Notes: generated from the sequence alone by a model not told the origin. A DNA stretch of 32,000 bases from Breznakia sp. PF5-3 (GCF_029504745.1 NZ_JAQFIQ010000014.1:15863-47862), one strand, 5' to 3'. Positions 18,984 to 25,738 are shown, counted from the stretch's first letter. Numbers and translations are program-made.

Positions 18984-19085
18984 GGCTAAAAATAGCCAGT
19001 CTCTTTATATGGATGTTTGATATTCTCACTTATTATAATCAAACATCTTTCTCTCTTCGACATACAATTTTGTATGTCGTTTTAT
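18984..19085 (+). ncRNA. Candidate small RNA (about 100 nt), three hairpins with a CU-rich linker
   Basis: Extended -10 TGaTAAAAT (18969-18977). Hairpins are TGGCTA-AAAA-TAGCCA (18983-18998) and GATGTTTGAT/ATCAAACATC (19012-19047). The single-stranded linker is TTTCTCTCTT. The terminator is CGACATACAA-TT-TTGTATGTCG (19058-19079) plus TTTTATT. No plausible ORF. Confidence 0.35.
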
Positions 19086-19089
19086 TATT

Positions 19090-19178
19090 ATAAAAAAAGA
19101 GCCTTACGGCTCTATAATTTTTAAGGGTGTAAAACAAGGTAGGAAGATAGGAAAGGGATATTTACACCTTGTTTTACT
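19090..19178 (-). ncRNA. Candidate small RNA (about 86 nt) with a CU-rich 25-nt hairpin loop
   Basis: On the minus strand: TTTACA (19211-19206), 16 nt spacer, TGcTATAAT (-10 at 19189-19184). A 12-bp stem (19177-19166 / 19140-19129) carries the loop GUAAAUAUCCCUUUCCUAUCUUCCU. The terminator is AGAGCC-GUAA-GGCUCU (19113-19098) plus U7. No ORF. Confidence 0.4.
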
Positions 19179-19489
19179 ATATCATTATAGCATAAATGTA
19201 TTTTATGTAAACTAAAATGTTCATTTAAAATGAAGTATTAAAATGAAAGTGTGAATATCGAGTTTATATAATGCTATGAAGCTTTAAATTATACTTCCTT
19301 TTATATGAAAATTGCTTCGTTTATCGCTTTATTTTATAAATAATATAGTTATTAATCCAACCATATAACGATATAATTATCTTGTGTTTAACACTTATAA
19401 TCTGTTGTTTTTTTATCAGACCAACAATCACATAATAATATATTTTAATAACTAAAGTCTTGTGATAAAATAAAAAAAAGAGGTATCTT

Positions 19490-20074
19490 ATGAAAGACAA
19501 AATAATCGTGCCAGATGCTGTCCTTTGCAACTGTTACCAAGAACGAAAAACCAATATACACCCTAGTGATTATATCGTTTTCGATACAGAGACTACTGGA
19601 CTTTCTCCAACCCATAATCGAGTTATTGAAATTGGAGCAATCAAATATCATAATTATGAAAAAATTGAAGAATTTAATCAATTGATCAATCCTGAAGAAT
19701 CAATTTCTTCTTTCATCACCAATCTAACTGGCATTCGTAATGAAGATCTTATAGACAAACCGACAATAAAAAGTGTCTTACTCGATTTTTACGAGTTTAT
19801 TGAAGATTATACATTAGTAGCTCACAATGCTTCCTATGATGTTAAAATGCTTGCTGGTGAAGCACACCGATGTCAGCTTGACCTATTTCCTAATATGGTG
19901 ATTGACACTGTACCATTAGCACGCAAAACAATACCTAAACCATTGATTGAAAATCATCGTTTAGAAACGCTTAAAAACTATTTTGGACTTGTCAACAACT
20001 CGCATCGCGCTATTGATGATTGCGAAACATGTAACACCGTTTATCAATACTATTGTGAACAACAAAGCAAATAA
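19490..20074 (+). CDS. DEDDh 3'-5' exonuclease (DnaQ/PolC-exonuclease-like), stand-alone
   Basis: ExoI VFDTETTG, ExoII LVAHNASYDVKML, ExoIII HRAIDDCE. AAGAGG RBS. Confidence 0.85.
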   Translation: MKDKIIVPDAVLCNCYQERKTNIHPSDYIVFDTETTGLSPTHNRVIEIGAIKYHNYEKIEEFNQLINPEESISSFITNLTGIRNEDLIDKPTIKSVLLDFYEFIEDYTLVAHNASYDVKMLAGEAHRCQLDLFPNMVIDTVPLARKTIPKPLIENHRLETLKNYFGLVNNSHRAIDDCETCNTVYQYYCEQQSK

Positions 20075-20112
20075 AAAAACAATCTATGGAGGGAATTATA
20101 GATTGTTTTTTT
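20073..20112. terminator. Bidirectional terminator
   Basis: ACAATCTAT / ATAGATTGT stem (20079-20087 / 20098-20106), flanked by A6 upstream and T7 downstream. Confidence 0.75.
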
Positions 20113-20174
20113 CATTTGTCCTTCCCGATTCTTCCAATTAGCCCTTTCCTTTACCCCGATATATTAATATAACG

Positions 20175-20420
20175 CCTTTCCAACTTCCTTTTCCCTTTCC
20201 TTCTTCCTTTACTACCTTTCCAACTTCCTTTTTCTCTTTCCTTCTTCCTTTACTACCTTTCCAACTTCCTTTTTTCCTTTCCTTCTTCCATTAATTACCT
20301 TTCCAGCTTCCTTTTTTCCTTTCCTTCTTCCATTAATTACCTTTCCAACTTCCTTTTTCTCTTTCCTTCTTCCTTTATTGCCTTCCCAGCTTCCTTTTTC
20401 TTTCCATCTTCCATTTCTTG
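20175..20420. repeat. Six tandem 40-42-nt polypyrimidine(+)/polypurine(-) non-coding repeats
   Basis: Units run 20175-20214, 20215-20255, 20256-20297, 20298-20339, 20340-20380 and 20381-20420. Consensus is CCTTTCCAACTTCC-T4-6-CCTTTCCTTCTTCC-(TTTACTA/ATTAATTA). A degenerate copy lies at about 20120-20160. Confidence 0.95.
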
Positions 20421-20811
20421 GATAAATTAGATCTCCATCCTATCTTACATAAACCTTACAGTTATCTAGTTTATCCCAAAAACTAATTTAACTACTCTTC
20501 TATATCCCATAATCACCTTACCCTATAATTTTAGTAGGAATTAAAATTAATTTTTTATCCACCTCCTTGGTGGACTGTAAAATTAAATTAAATAAGTGAT
20601 TATTCTTCCTTGGCATCCCTGCCTACGCATATACTATCATATCGGAGTAGCAATGCAACTTAAATGCCTATTTTTTTAGTAGGAATTTGTAAATCCCTAT
20701 AAATAAGCTTTATTTTGATTTTTTATAGGCTTTTTTATGTCTACATTTCATAGTGTAGACCATATTTGTTAATTTCAAATAAATCCATTGTTAAGAAAGT
20801 GTTAATTTAAA

Positions 20812-20842
20812 TAAAAAAACGAATAGTTTTACTATCCGATTT
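20812..20842 (-). terminator. Terminator after the LiaF-like gene
   Basis: On the minus strand: CGGATAGT-AAA-ACTATTCG followed by T7. Confidence 0.65.
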
Positions 20843-21574
20843 TTAAATGTAGATAATTTCAATTGAACCTAAAGTTACAGACCCTCGGATTTCAACAAGC
20901 GGTCCGTTTTTATCAATATTATTATAGCGATATTTTTCTTCTGCAGCACCTAGTGTTGTAGAAACATTATTTATTACATTCCAATCTCTTGGAATATATA
21001 ACTCAATTGAACCTAATTCACAATGAACTTCAATATCCAAACCAGATTCACATGGAATAGCGTGATCAAAATATACCTGTAAAGAACCCAATGAACAACT
21101 TAATTTCGCTTTTTGTAAATTATTAGAGTGTAAATATTGAGAACTTGATGAACATGAAGATCTACAATTCACTACATCATCATCCTGGCTCATACTCTCT
21201 TGTCGTTCTCCTCTATTTTTGTAATTATGATGCTCATGATATGAATAATTCCCTCTATATGAATAATCACTTTTAAAAATAATCGATAATCCCACGCTTG
21301 CAAATGCACCAGCTATCATAAGTGGGAAAAATTGGATATGTTGTTCTATATTCAAAATATCTTTATTAATCCAAAACGCCCAAACAAGTGGCATCACAAC
21401 AAGAAACCAATTTCTTCTAAAGATACTAGAAACAGCTATAATAATTAGAAATGCTGTGAAAATCAATCTGAAAACATTTATTTCAAAATAATCAAATTGT
21501 CCCAAAATAATCATTGCTCCTGCACATAGAAAGAACAACCCCCAAAAAATATTTTTACTTTTCATTTTATTCAC
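20843..21574 (-). CDS. Membrane protein with a LiaF-like beta-rich C-terminal domain; likely partner of the LytTR regulator
   Basis: Four N-terminal TM helices. The C-terminus has repeated LGSxxV/LGSIELYIP/LGSIEIIYI strands, as in LiaF/DUF2154-type domains. Overlaps the upstream LytTR gene by 8 nt. Confidence 0.55.
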   Translation of the reverse strand: MNKMKSKNIFWGLFFLCAGAMIILGQFDYFEINVFRLIFTAFLIIIAVSSIFRRNWFLVVMPLVWAFWINKDILNIEQHIQFFPLMIAGAFASVGLSIIFKSDYSYRGNYSYHEHHNYKNRGERQESMSQDDDVVNCRSSCSSSSQYLHSNNLQKAKLSCSLGSLQVYFDHAIPCESGLDIEVHCELGSIELYIPRDWNVINNVSTTLGAAEEKYRYNNIDKNGPLVEIRGSVTLGSIEIIYI

Positions 21575-22022
21575 TCCTCCCTTGAAGTCTAAACTTCAAT
21601 GTCTTATAATACATTCTTGATACGTAAACTTCTTTGTAACTATTTCGAAACTGCACCTTACTGGAGGCAGTCAAATTTCGTTGTATAGAATATATATGAT
21701 GAACATTTAAAATTGTTGATTTTGATACTCGTAAAAAATTGGATGGCAAATCAGCTTCCAATTCATACAACCTAAGTTTTACTCGATATGCGTCTTCTGC
21801 AGTATGTGCATATACTTCATCTTCACTTGTTTCAAAAAATAAAACCGTCTCTAACGGGAAGTAAAATTCATCACTTCCTTTATAAAAAACTATGTTCATC
21901 TGTGGAGATGCATGAGCTGTTATATATTGCTGTATTTTTTGAATATGCTCATCAATGTTTTTACATTTGATAATCACAACTTCTTCATCATCATTATCTA
22001 TTAATTCAATATGTACTTTCAT
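21567..22022 (-). CDS. Stand-alone LytTR-domain DNA-binding protein (no receiver domain)
   Basis: LytTR pattern: VLFFETSEDEVYAHTAEDAYRVKLRLYELEADLPSNFLRVSKSTILNVHHI. AAGGAGATGAG RBS. Confidence 0.8.
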   Translation of the reverse strand: MKVHIELIDNDDEEVVIIKCKNIDEHIQKIQQYITAHASPQMNIVFYKGSDEFYFPLETVLFFETSEDEVYAHTAEDAYRVKLRLYELEADLPSNFLRVSKSTILNVHHIYSIQRNLTASSKVQFRNSYKEVYVSRMYYKTLKFRLQGRSE

Positions 22023-22079
22023 TTCTCATCTCCTTGTTTACATTATAGCGGATTATTTTTATTTTCCTATTATTTTTCG

Positions 22080-22109
22080 CTAAGTGGTTATGTTTTTAAA
22101 GTAAGTGGA
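22080..22109 (-). promoter_or_regulatory. Candidate LytTR box: two 9-bp direct repeats separated by 12 bp
   Basis: On the minus strand: TCCACTTAC (22109-22101), 12 nt, ACCACTTAG (22088-22080). They lie 32 nt upstream of TATAAT (22047-22042) of the LytTR gene. Confidence 0.5.
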
Positions 22110-22122
22110 TAAAAAAGAAAAT

Positions 22123-22153
22123 GAAGAAGTTGACTTCACCAGTCAACTTCTTC
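22123..22153 (-). terminator. Terminator of the 54-aa ORF
   Basis: Perfect 13-bp stem GAAGAAGTTGACT / AGTCAACTTCTTC. The stop codon lies in the loop and a T-rich tail follows on the minus strand. Confidence 0.75.
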
Positions 22154-22300
22154 ATCATACTGTATTGTCTCATTCCCCTCCATACCAACAACATCATAAT
22201 AAACACCTATTAATTCATTTTCGCTCATTGCATTTAAATCAACAACTGTATATTCACTTGTCTCTTGTAAAATACGAGCAACCATATCTTCATGACTCAT
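22136..22300 (-). CDS. Small acidic protein, 54 aa (below the ORF-track cutoff): MSHEDMVARILQETSEYTVVDLNAMSENELIGVYYDVVGMEGNETIQYDEEVDW
   Basis: ATG at 22300 lies 7 nt after AGGAGG. The gene is followed by a perfect terminator and lies downstream of marR on the same strand. Confidence 0.6.
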   Translation of the reverse strand: MSHEDMVARILQETSEYTVVDLNAMSENELIGVYYDVVGMEGNETIQYDEEVDW

Positions 22301-22382
22301 ATACAATCCTCCTATCCTATATACATATTATAGCAAAAGGCTTGTCCTTTTCGAGTCACACACACGATATTACATATAATAA

Positions 22383-22805
22383 TTAAGCGTTTTTCATTTC
22401 TCCATGATAGTTTTCTAAAGCAAGTAATAAACTATCAATGCTTTCCTCTGATAATACTTCTTCCAGTATTTCACTAAAATAGGCCTTTCCTTCCTTAGCT
22501 AAGCGCCTTCCTTCTTCGGTTGCCTTAATATAAACTACTCGCTTATCTGTTGTAGATACTTCTTTTCCAATTAACTCTCTTTTTTCTAGTTTCTTCAAAT
22601 CTGCAGATATATTCGTAGCTGCTCTACCGACCAAAGTAGCCAAACTATTAAGTGTAAGCAAATCGTTTTCACATACAAGATTCAAAATTTCTAAATTTCG
22701 ATAGTTTATCCCATTTGCTTCATAGTATGGAACCATTTCTTCTAGCCACGCACTATTAATATCCTTTATTAACTTTTCACATTTTAATACTTTCTCAATT
22801 TTCAT
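22383..22805 (-). CDS. MarR family transcriptional regulator
   Basis: Winged-helix block LNSLATLVGRAATNISADLKKLEKRELIGKEVSTTDKRVVYIKATEEGRRL. Confidence 0.85.
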   Translation of the reverse strand: MKIEKVLKCEKLIKDINSAWLEEMVPYYEANGINYRNLEILNLVCENDLLTLNSLATLVGRAATNISADLKKLEKRELIGKEVSTTDKRVVYIKATEEGRRLAKEGKAYFSEILEEVLSEESIDSLLLALENYHGEMKNA

Positions 22806-22942
22806 AAATACCTCACTTATATAATTTATTTATATTATATTCTTACAATAACTTATAAAATGCAATTTTTATTTTTTTATTCATAAATATTCTATAATTT
22901 GTAATGAAATTCATTTTATGAACTATTTTTTTGTATATTCAT

Positions 22943-22968
22943 AAAAAAACCAGAGTGAATTCTCTGGT
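22943..22968 (-). terminator. Terminator after citrate synthase
   Basis: ACCAGAG / CTCTGGT stem. The A7 run on plus becomes the T-run on minus. Confidence 0.65.
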
Positions 22969-24333
22969 TTATCGATCTTTTATTTCTGTATATGCTTTAC
23001 GATTCGAAACTGCTTTGTATGCTGGCCGAATAATTTTTCCTGCATTAATTAATTCCTCTAATCGGTGTGCACTCCAACCTGCAATTCTACTCATAGCAAA
23101 GATTGGTGTATATAACTGCATTGGTAAATCCAACATACTATAAACAAACCCACTATAAAAGTCTATGTTTGCGGAAACTCCTTTATAAACTTTTCTTTCA
23201 TCAGCAATGATTTTTGGTGCAAGTCGCTCTACTGCATTATACAATTGAAATTCTTCCATTCTTCCCTTTTCTTCTGCTAAGTTTTTAACGAACTTCTTAA
23301 AAATACTCGCTCTAGGATCACTTAAGGAATACACTGCATGCCCCATACCATAGATAAGTCCAGCTTTATCAAACGCTTTTTTATTTAATAAATCACTTAA
23401 ATATTGTGATATTTCATCCTCGTTATTCCAATCTTTAATATTTTTCTTCATATCATCAAACATTCGTACTACCTTAATATTGGCTCCACCATGTTTAGGT
23501 CCTTTTAAACTAGCTAAAGATGCTGCAATAGCAGAATAAGTATCTGTGCCTGAAGATGTTACTACATGGCAAGTAAAGGTTGAATTATTCCCTCCACCAT
23601 GATCAGCATGAAGAATTAAAGCCAAATCCAAAATTCGTGCTTCCAAATCTGAATATTTTTTATCTGGTCGTAACATATATAAAATATTTTCTGCTGTTGA
23701 CAAATCTGGTTGTGGATTATGAATAAAAAGACTTTCTCCACCTAGATAATGATTATATGCATGGTATCCATATACAGATAACAATGGAAAAAGTGCAATC
23801 AATCGAATACTTTGCAATAATACATTCGGTATTGAAATATCATCAGCTGCTTCATCATAAGATGCAAGTGTTAATACACTACGAGCTAATGTATTCATCA
23901 TATCTTCGCTAGGCGCTTTCATTACTACATCACGAACAAAGTTTGTAGGTAAATTACGATAACGGCTAAGCAGTGATTGAAAATCTTTTAACTCATTGCT
24001 AGTTGGCAATTCACCAAACAAAAGTAAATAAATCGTTTCTTCAAAACCACAACGTTTTTCATTTATAAATCCATTTACTAAATCATTTACATTATATCCT
24101 CTATAATATAATTCCCCATCACATGGTTTTAGTTTACCATCGATCTCTTTTGATGAGACAATTTCACTTATCTCAGTCAATCCAGTTAACACACCTTTTC
24201 CATTCAGATCCCGAAGTCCCCTATTAACTTCATACTGTGTATATAAGGAAGCATCAATGTTACTGTTATCCTGACAAAGGTCAGCTAACGTTTGAATTTG
24301 CTCTGTCACTTCTGAATAGTTAATGTCTGCCAT
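22969..24333 (-). CDS. Citrate synthase family enzyme (citrate or 2-methylcitrate synthase)
   Basis: Conserved ILHADHGGGNNSTF and GMGHAVY blocks and a C-terminal ...SRIAGWSAH block. ATG at 24333 follows AAGGAGG; the track ORF is over-extended. Confidence 0.9.
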   Translation of the reverse strand: MADINYSEVTEQIQTLADLCQDNSNIDASLYTQYEVNRGLRDLNGKGVLTGLTEISEIVSSKEIDGKLKPCDGELYYRGYNVNDLVNGFINEKRCGFEETIYLLLFGELPTSNELKDFQSLLSRYRNLPTNFVRDVVMKAPSEDMMNTLARSVLTLASYDEAADDISIPNVLLQSIRLIALFPLLSVYGYHAYNHYLGGESLFIHNPQPDLSTAENILYMLRPDKKYSDLEARILDLALILHADHGGGNNSTFTCHVVTSSGTDTYSAIAASLASLKGPKHGGANIKVVRMFDDMKKNIKDWNNEDEISQYLSDLLNKKAFDKAGLIYGMGHAVYSLSDPRASIFKKFVKNLAEEKGRMEEFQLYNAVERLAPKIIADERKVYKGVSANIDFYSGFVYSMLDLPMQLYTPIFAMSRIAGWSAHRLEELINAGKIIRPAYKAVSNRKAYTEIKDR

Positions 24334-24503
24334 AATCTGAATCCTCCTTTTTATATAGATTATCATAATTATACACTATTCGAATGGTAAATAACTAGCA
24401 TTATTTTCGTATGCATCCTAAAATAATGAATATTTTATCATGAGAATTTCTCTCTATTTTGAAATATATATTATGATATAATTCAATAGAGAGGAGCTTT
24501 ACT

Positions 24504-24722
24504 ATGGCTAAATTTATTAAAGTTACAAATCGAAATAAAAAGGTATTAAAGAAAAATGAAAGCAATGAATTAATCATTAACATTGACAATATATCATTCA
24601 TTGAGCCAGAAAAAAATGAAATTACGATGGTTTCACTCCACCAATCTGGTTATGGTTCAACATCGCATACGTTTGTTATTGATGAAATGGATATGAGTCG
24701 CCTATTAGCTATGATTAACTAA
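24504..24722 (+). CDS. Hypothetical 72-aa protein
   Basis: GAGAGGAG RBS, its own extended -10 (TGaTATAAT), and a terminator at 24766-24792. No recognisable motif. Confidence 0.55.
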   Translation: MAKFIKVTNRNKKVLKKNESNELIINIDNISFIEPEKNEITMVSLHQSGYGSTSHTFVIDEMDMSRLLAMIN

Positions 24723-24765
24723 TTAATTATATTAATTGGATTACACCAAAGATTGTATATTATAA

Positions 24766-24792
24766 AAACCCTTAAAATAAGGGTTTTCTTTC
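24766..24792 (+). terminator. Rho-independent terminator
   Basis: AAACCCTT-AAAAT-AAGGGTTT followed by a T-rich tail. Confidence 0.65.
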
Positions 24793-24796
24793 TTAA

Positions 24797-24873
24797 TGGG
24801 GCGACCGATGGGATTTGAACCCACGCATGACGGGACCACAACCCGCTGTGTTAACCGCTTCACCACGATCGCC
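24797..24873 (-). tRNA. tRNA-His (anticodon GUG), with encoded G-1 and CCA
   Basis: Minus strand reads G-GCGATCG...TTGTGGT anticodon loop...GGTTCAAATCC T-loop...CGGTCGC-C-CCA. The extra 5' G opposite C73 is typical of tRNA-His. Confidence 0.9.
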
Positions 24874-24895
24874 ATAATTTCTGTAAGCATATATG

Positions 24896-24924
24896 ATTAT
24901 ACCTAAAATATACGATTTTGTAAA
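24896..24924 (-). promoter_or_regulatory. Promoter of tRNA-His
   Basis: On the minus strand: TTTACA (24924-24919), 17 nt spacer, TATAAT (24901-24896). Confidence 0.6.
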
Positions 24925-25015
24925 TAGGAAAATTAAAGATAAAGAAGAATTAAAGATAATAATCTATTCTCAACATTTAATCCATTAAATTAAGAAAAAA
25001 AGCTCTACTGAGCTT

Positions 25016-25651
25016 TTAGTTAACTTTTAGAATTTCCACTATAACAACATGCTTGTCATTATCATTCTTTTCAATTGTGTCTACTCTACATTTGAAGCCA
25101 TTGCAATCTTCTGTTTGATCTTTGTATGTGTTTAACTTATTGATGTTAGCTTTTGAAATTTCACCAACTTCTTTATCCTCTTGAGTCTTCACCATATAAT
25201 CATCATGAATATTAAGAACGCTTCCTCTTTCAAGTGCACTTATCGTTTCTTGACGTTTTTTATTTGCTGTTTTTGTTAATGGAATTGTTAACACAACCTC
25301 CATTTGAGTAATATCTTCAACAACTTTACTTCCAAGCTTATCTCTTAATTTATTTATTTTATCTTTTGCCCCACCAAAATTAACTTCTGGCAATAGTTTG
25401 ATTTTTTCATTTAGTGCTTTAAGTGCGTTGACTGACCCCATTGCTGTCAAAACAAAAAATAATGTAGCAAAAATCATTATTACTCCAAAAACTACATGAA
25501 TTGTGAAAGCATAAACACAAAGAATACCAAATCCAATTGCAACAAGTAGTTCTATTATAAAACTTCGTTTCAATTGCTTAGCATCTTTCCATTCTGTACC
25601 AATTTTTATTTTTCCTTCTTTTACTTCCCATCCTGAATTGTTATTACTCAT
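25016..25651 (-). CDS. Hypothetical membrane protein (two TM helices plus a soluble C-terminal domain)
   Basis: AGGAGA RBS. TM pair at about aa 30-80. Terminator AAAGCTC-TACT-GAGCTTT just downstream. The C-terminal domain is unassigned. Confidence 0.6.
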   Translation of the reverse strand: MSNNNSGWEVKEGKIKIGTEWKDAKQLKRSFIIELLVAIGFGILCVYAFTIHVVFGVIMIFATLFFVLTAMGSVNALKALNEKIKLLPEVNFGGAKDKINKLRDKLGSKVVEDITQMEVVLTIPLTKTANKKRQETISALERGSVLNIHDDYMVKTQEDKEVGEISKANINKLNTYKDQTEDCNGFKCRVDTIEKNDNDKHVVIVEILKVN

Positions 25652-25738
25652 GTCATTCTCCTATGTACAATAAGTTTATTATACAAATTATCATTATCTT
25701 TTACAATAATAAATTGGTTTAATTCAAAAAAAGAGGAG

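Larger units (their letters stand above)
20073..20624 (-). ncRNA. Hypothetical ~550-nt purine-repeat RNA spanning the tandem array
   Basis: On the minus strand: TTGCAT (20658-20653), 16 nt spacer, TGaTAGTAT (-10 at 20636-20631). No ORF of 60 aa or more downstream. Contains the hairpin UCCACC-AAGGA-GGUGGA (20574-20558) and the six GGA-rich repeats, and ends at the bidirectional terminator. The transcribed strand is unproven. Confidence 0.25.

Noticed and set aside
18984-19178. Convergent RNA pair as a type I toxin-antitoxin locus
   Set aside because: Neither transcript contains a plausible small hydrophobic peptide ORF. The only ATG opens a 2-codon ORF.
19321-19681. Minus-strand ORFs of 69 aa and 78 aa overlapping the exonuclease start
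   Set aside because: They have AT-rich I/K/Y/F-biased translations and no SD. They overlap a well-supported plus-strand gene and its RBS.
17325-20074. Prophage or integrative element (Cro/CI pair, exonuclease, tRNA-His 5 kb away)
   Set aside because: No integrase, excisionase, replication, structural or lysis genes are present. No direct repeat of the tRNA 3' end was found, and the flanking genes are housekeeping.
20256-20339. Mini-ORFs (MEEGKEKRKLER) on the minus strand of repeat units 3-4, each preceded by GGAAAGG
   Set aside because: Full 12-codon copies occur only in units 3 and 4 (unit 6 opens a divergent 24-codon variant). Variable unit lengths shift the frame between units. They are most simply a by-product of the purine-rich sequence.
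20175-20420. Tandem repeat array as a CRISPR array
   Set aside because: The units are contiguous with no unique spacers and are not palindromic. They are compositionally strand-pure, and no cas genes are in the window.
20417-20565. DnaA-box-like 9-mers (TTATCCAAG, TTATCCCAA, TTATCCACC) next to the repeats, as a replication origin
   Set aside because: Each deviates from TTATCCACA, such matches are expected in 70% AT DNA, and there is no dnaA/dnaN or rep gene nearby. An iteron-type function remains only a low-probability alternative in the repeat finding.
22105-22386. 93-aa plus-strand ORF
   Set aside because: It has no RBS and a His/Leu-rich low-complexity translation. It overlaps the better-supported minus-strand 54-aa ORF and its terminator.
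22880-22944. Palindrome AATGAA-A-TTCATT (22903-22915) and TTCATAAA/TTTATGAA repeats as a MarR operator
   Set aside because: They lie about 100 nt upstream of the marR start in extremely AT-rich DNA, where such short palindromes arise by chance. No clear promoter overlap could be established.
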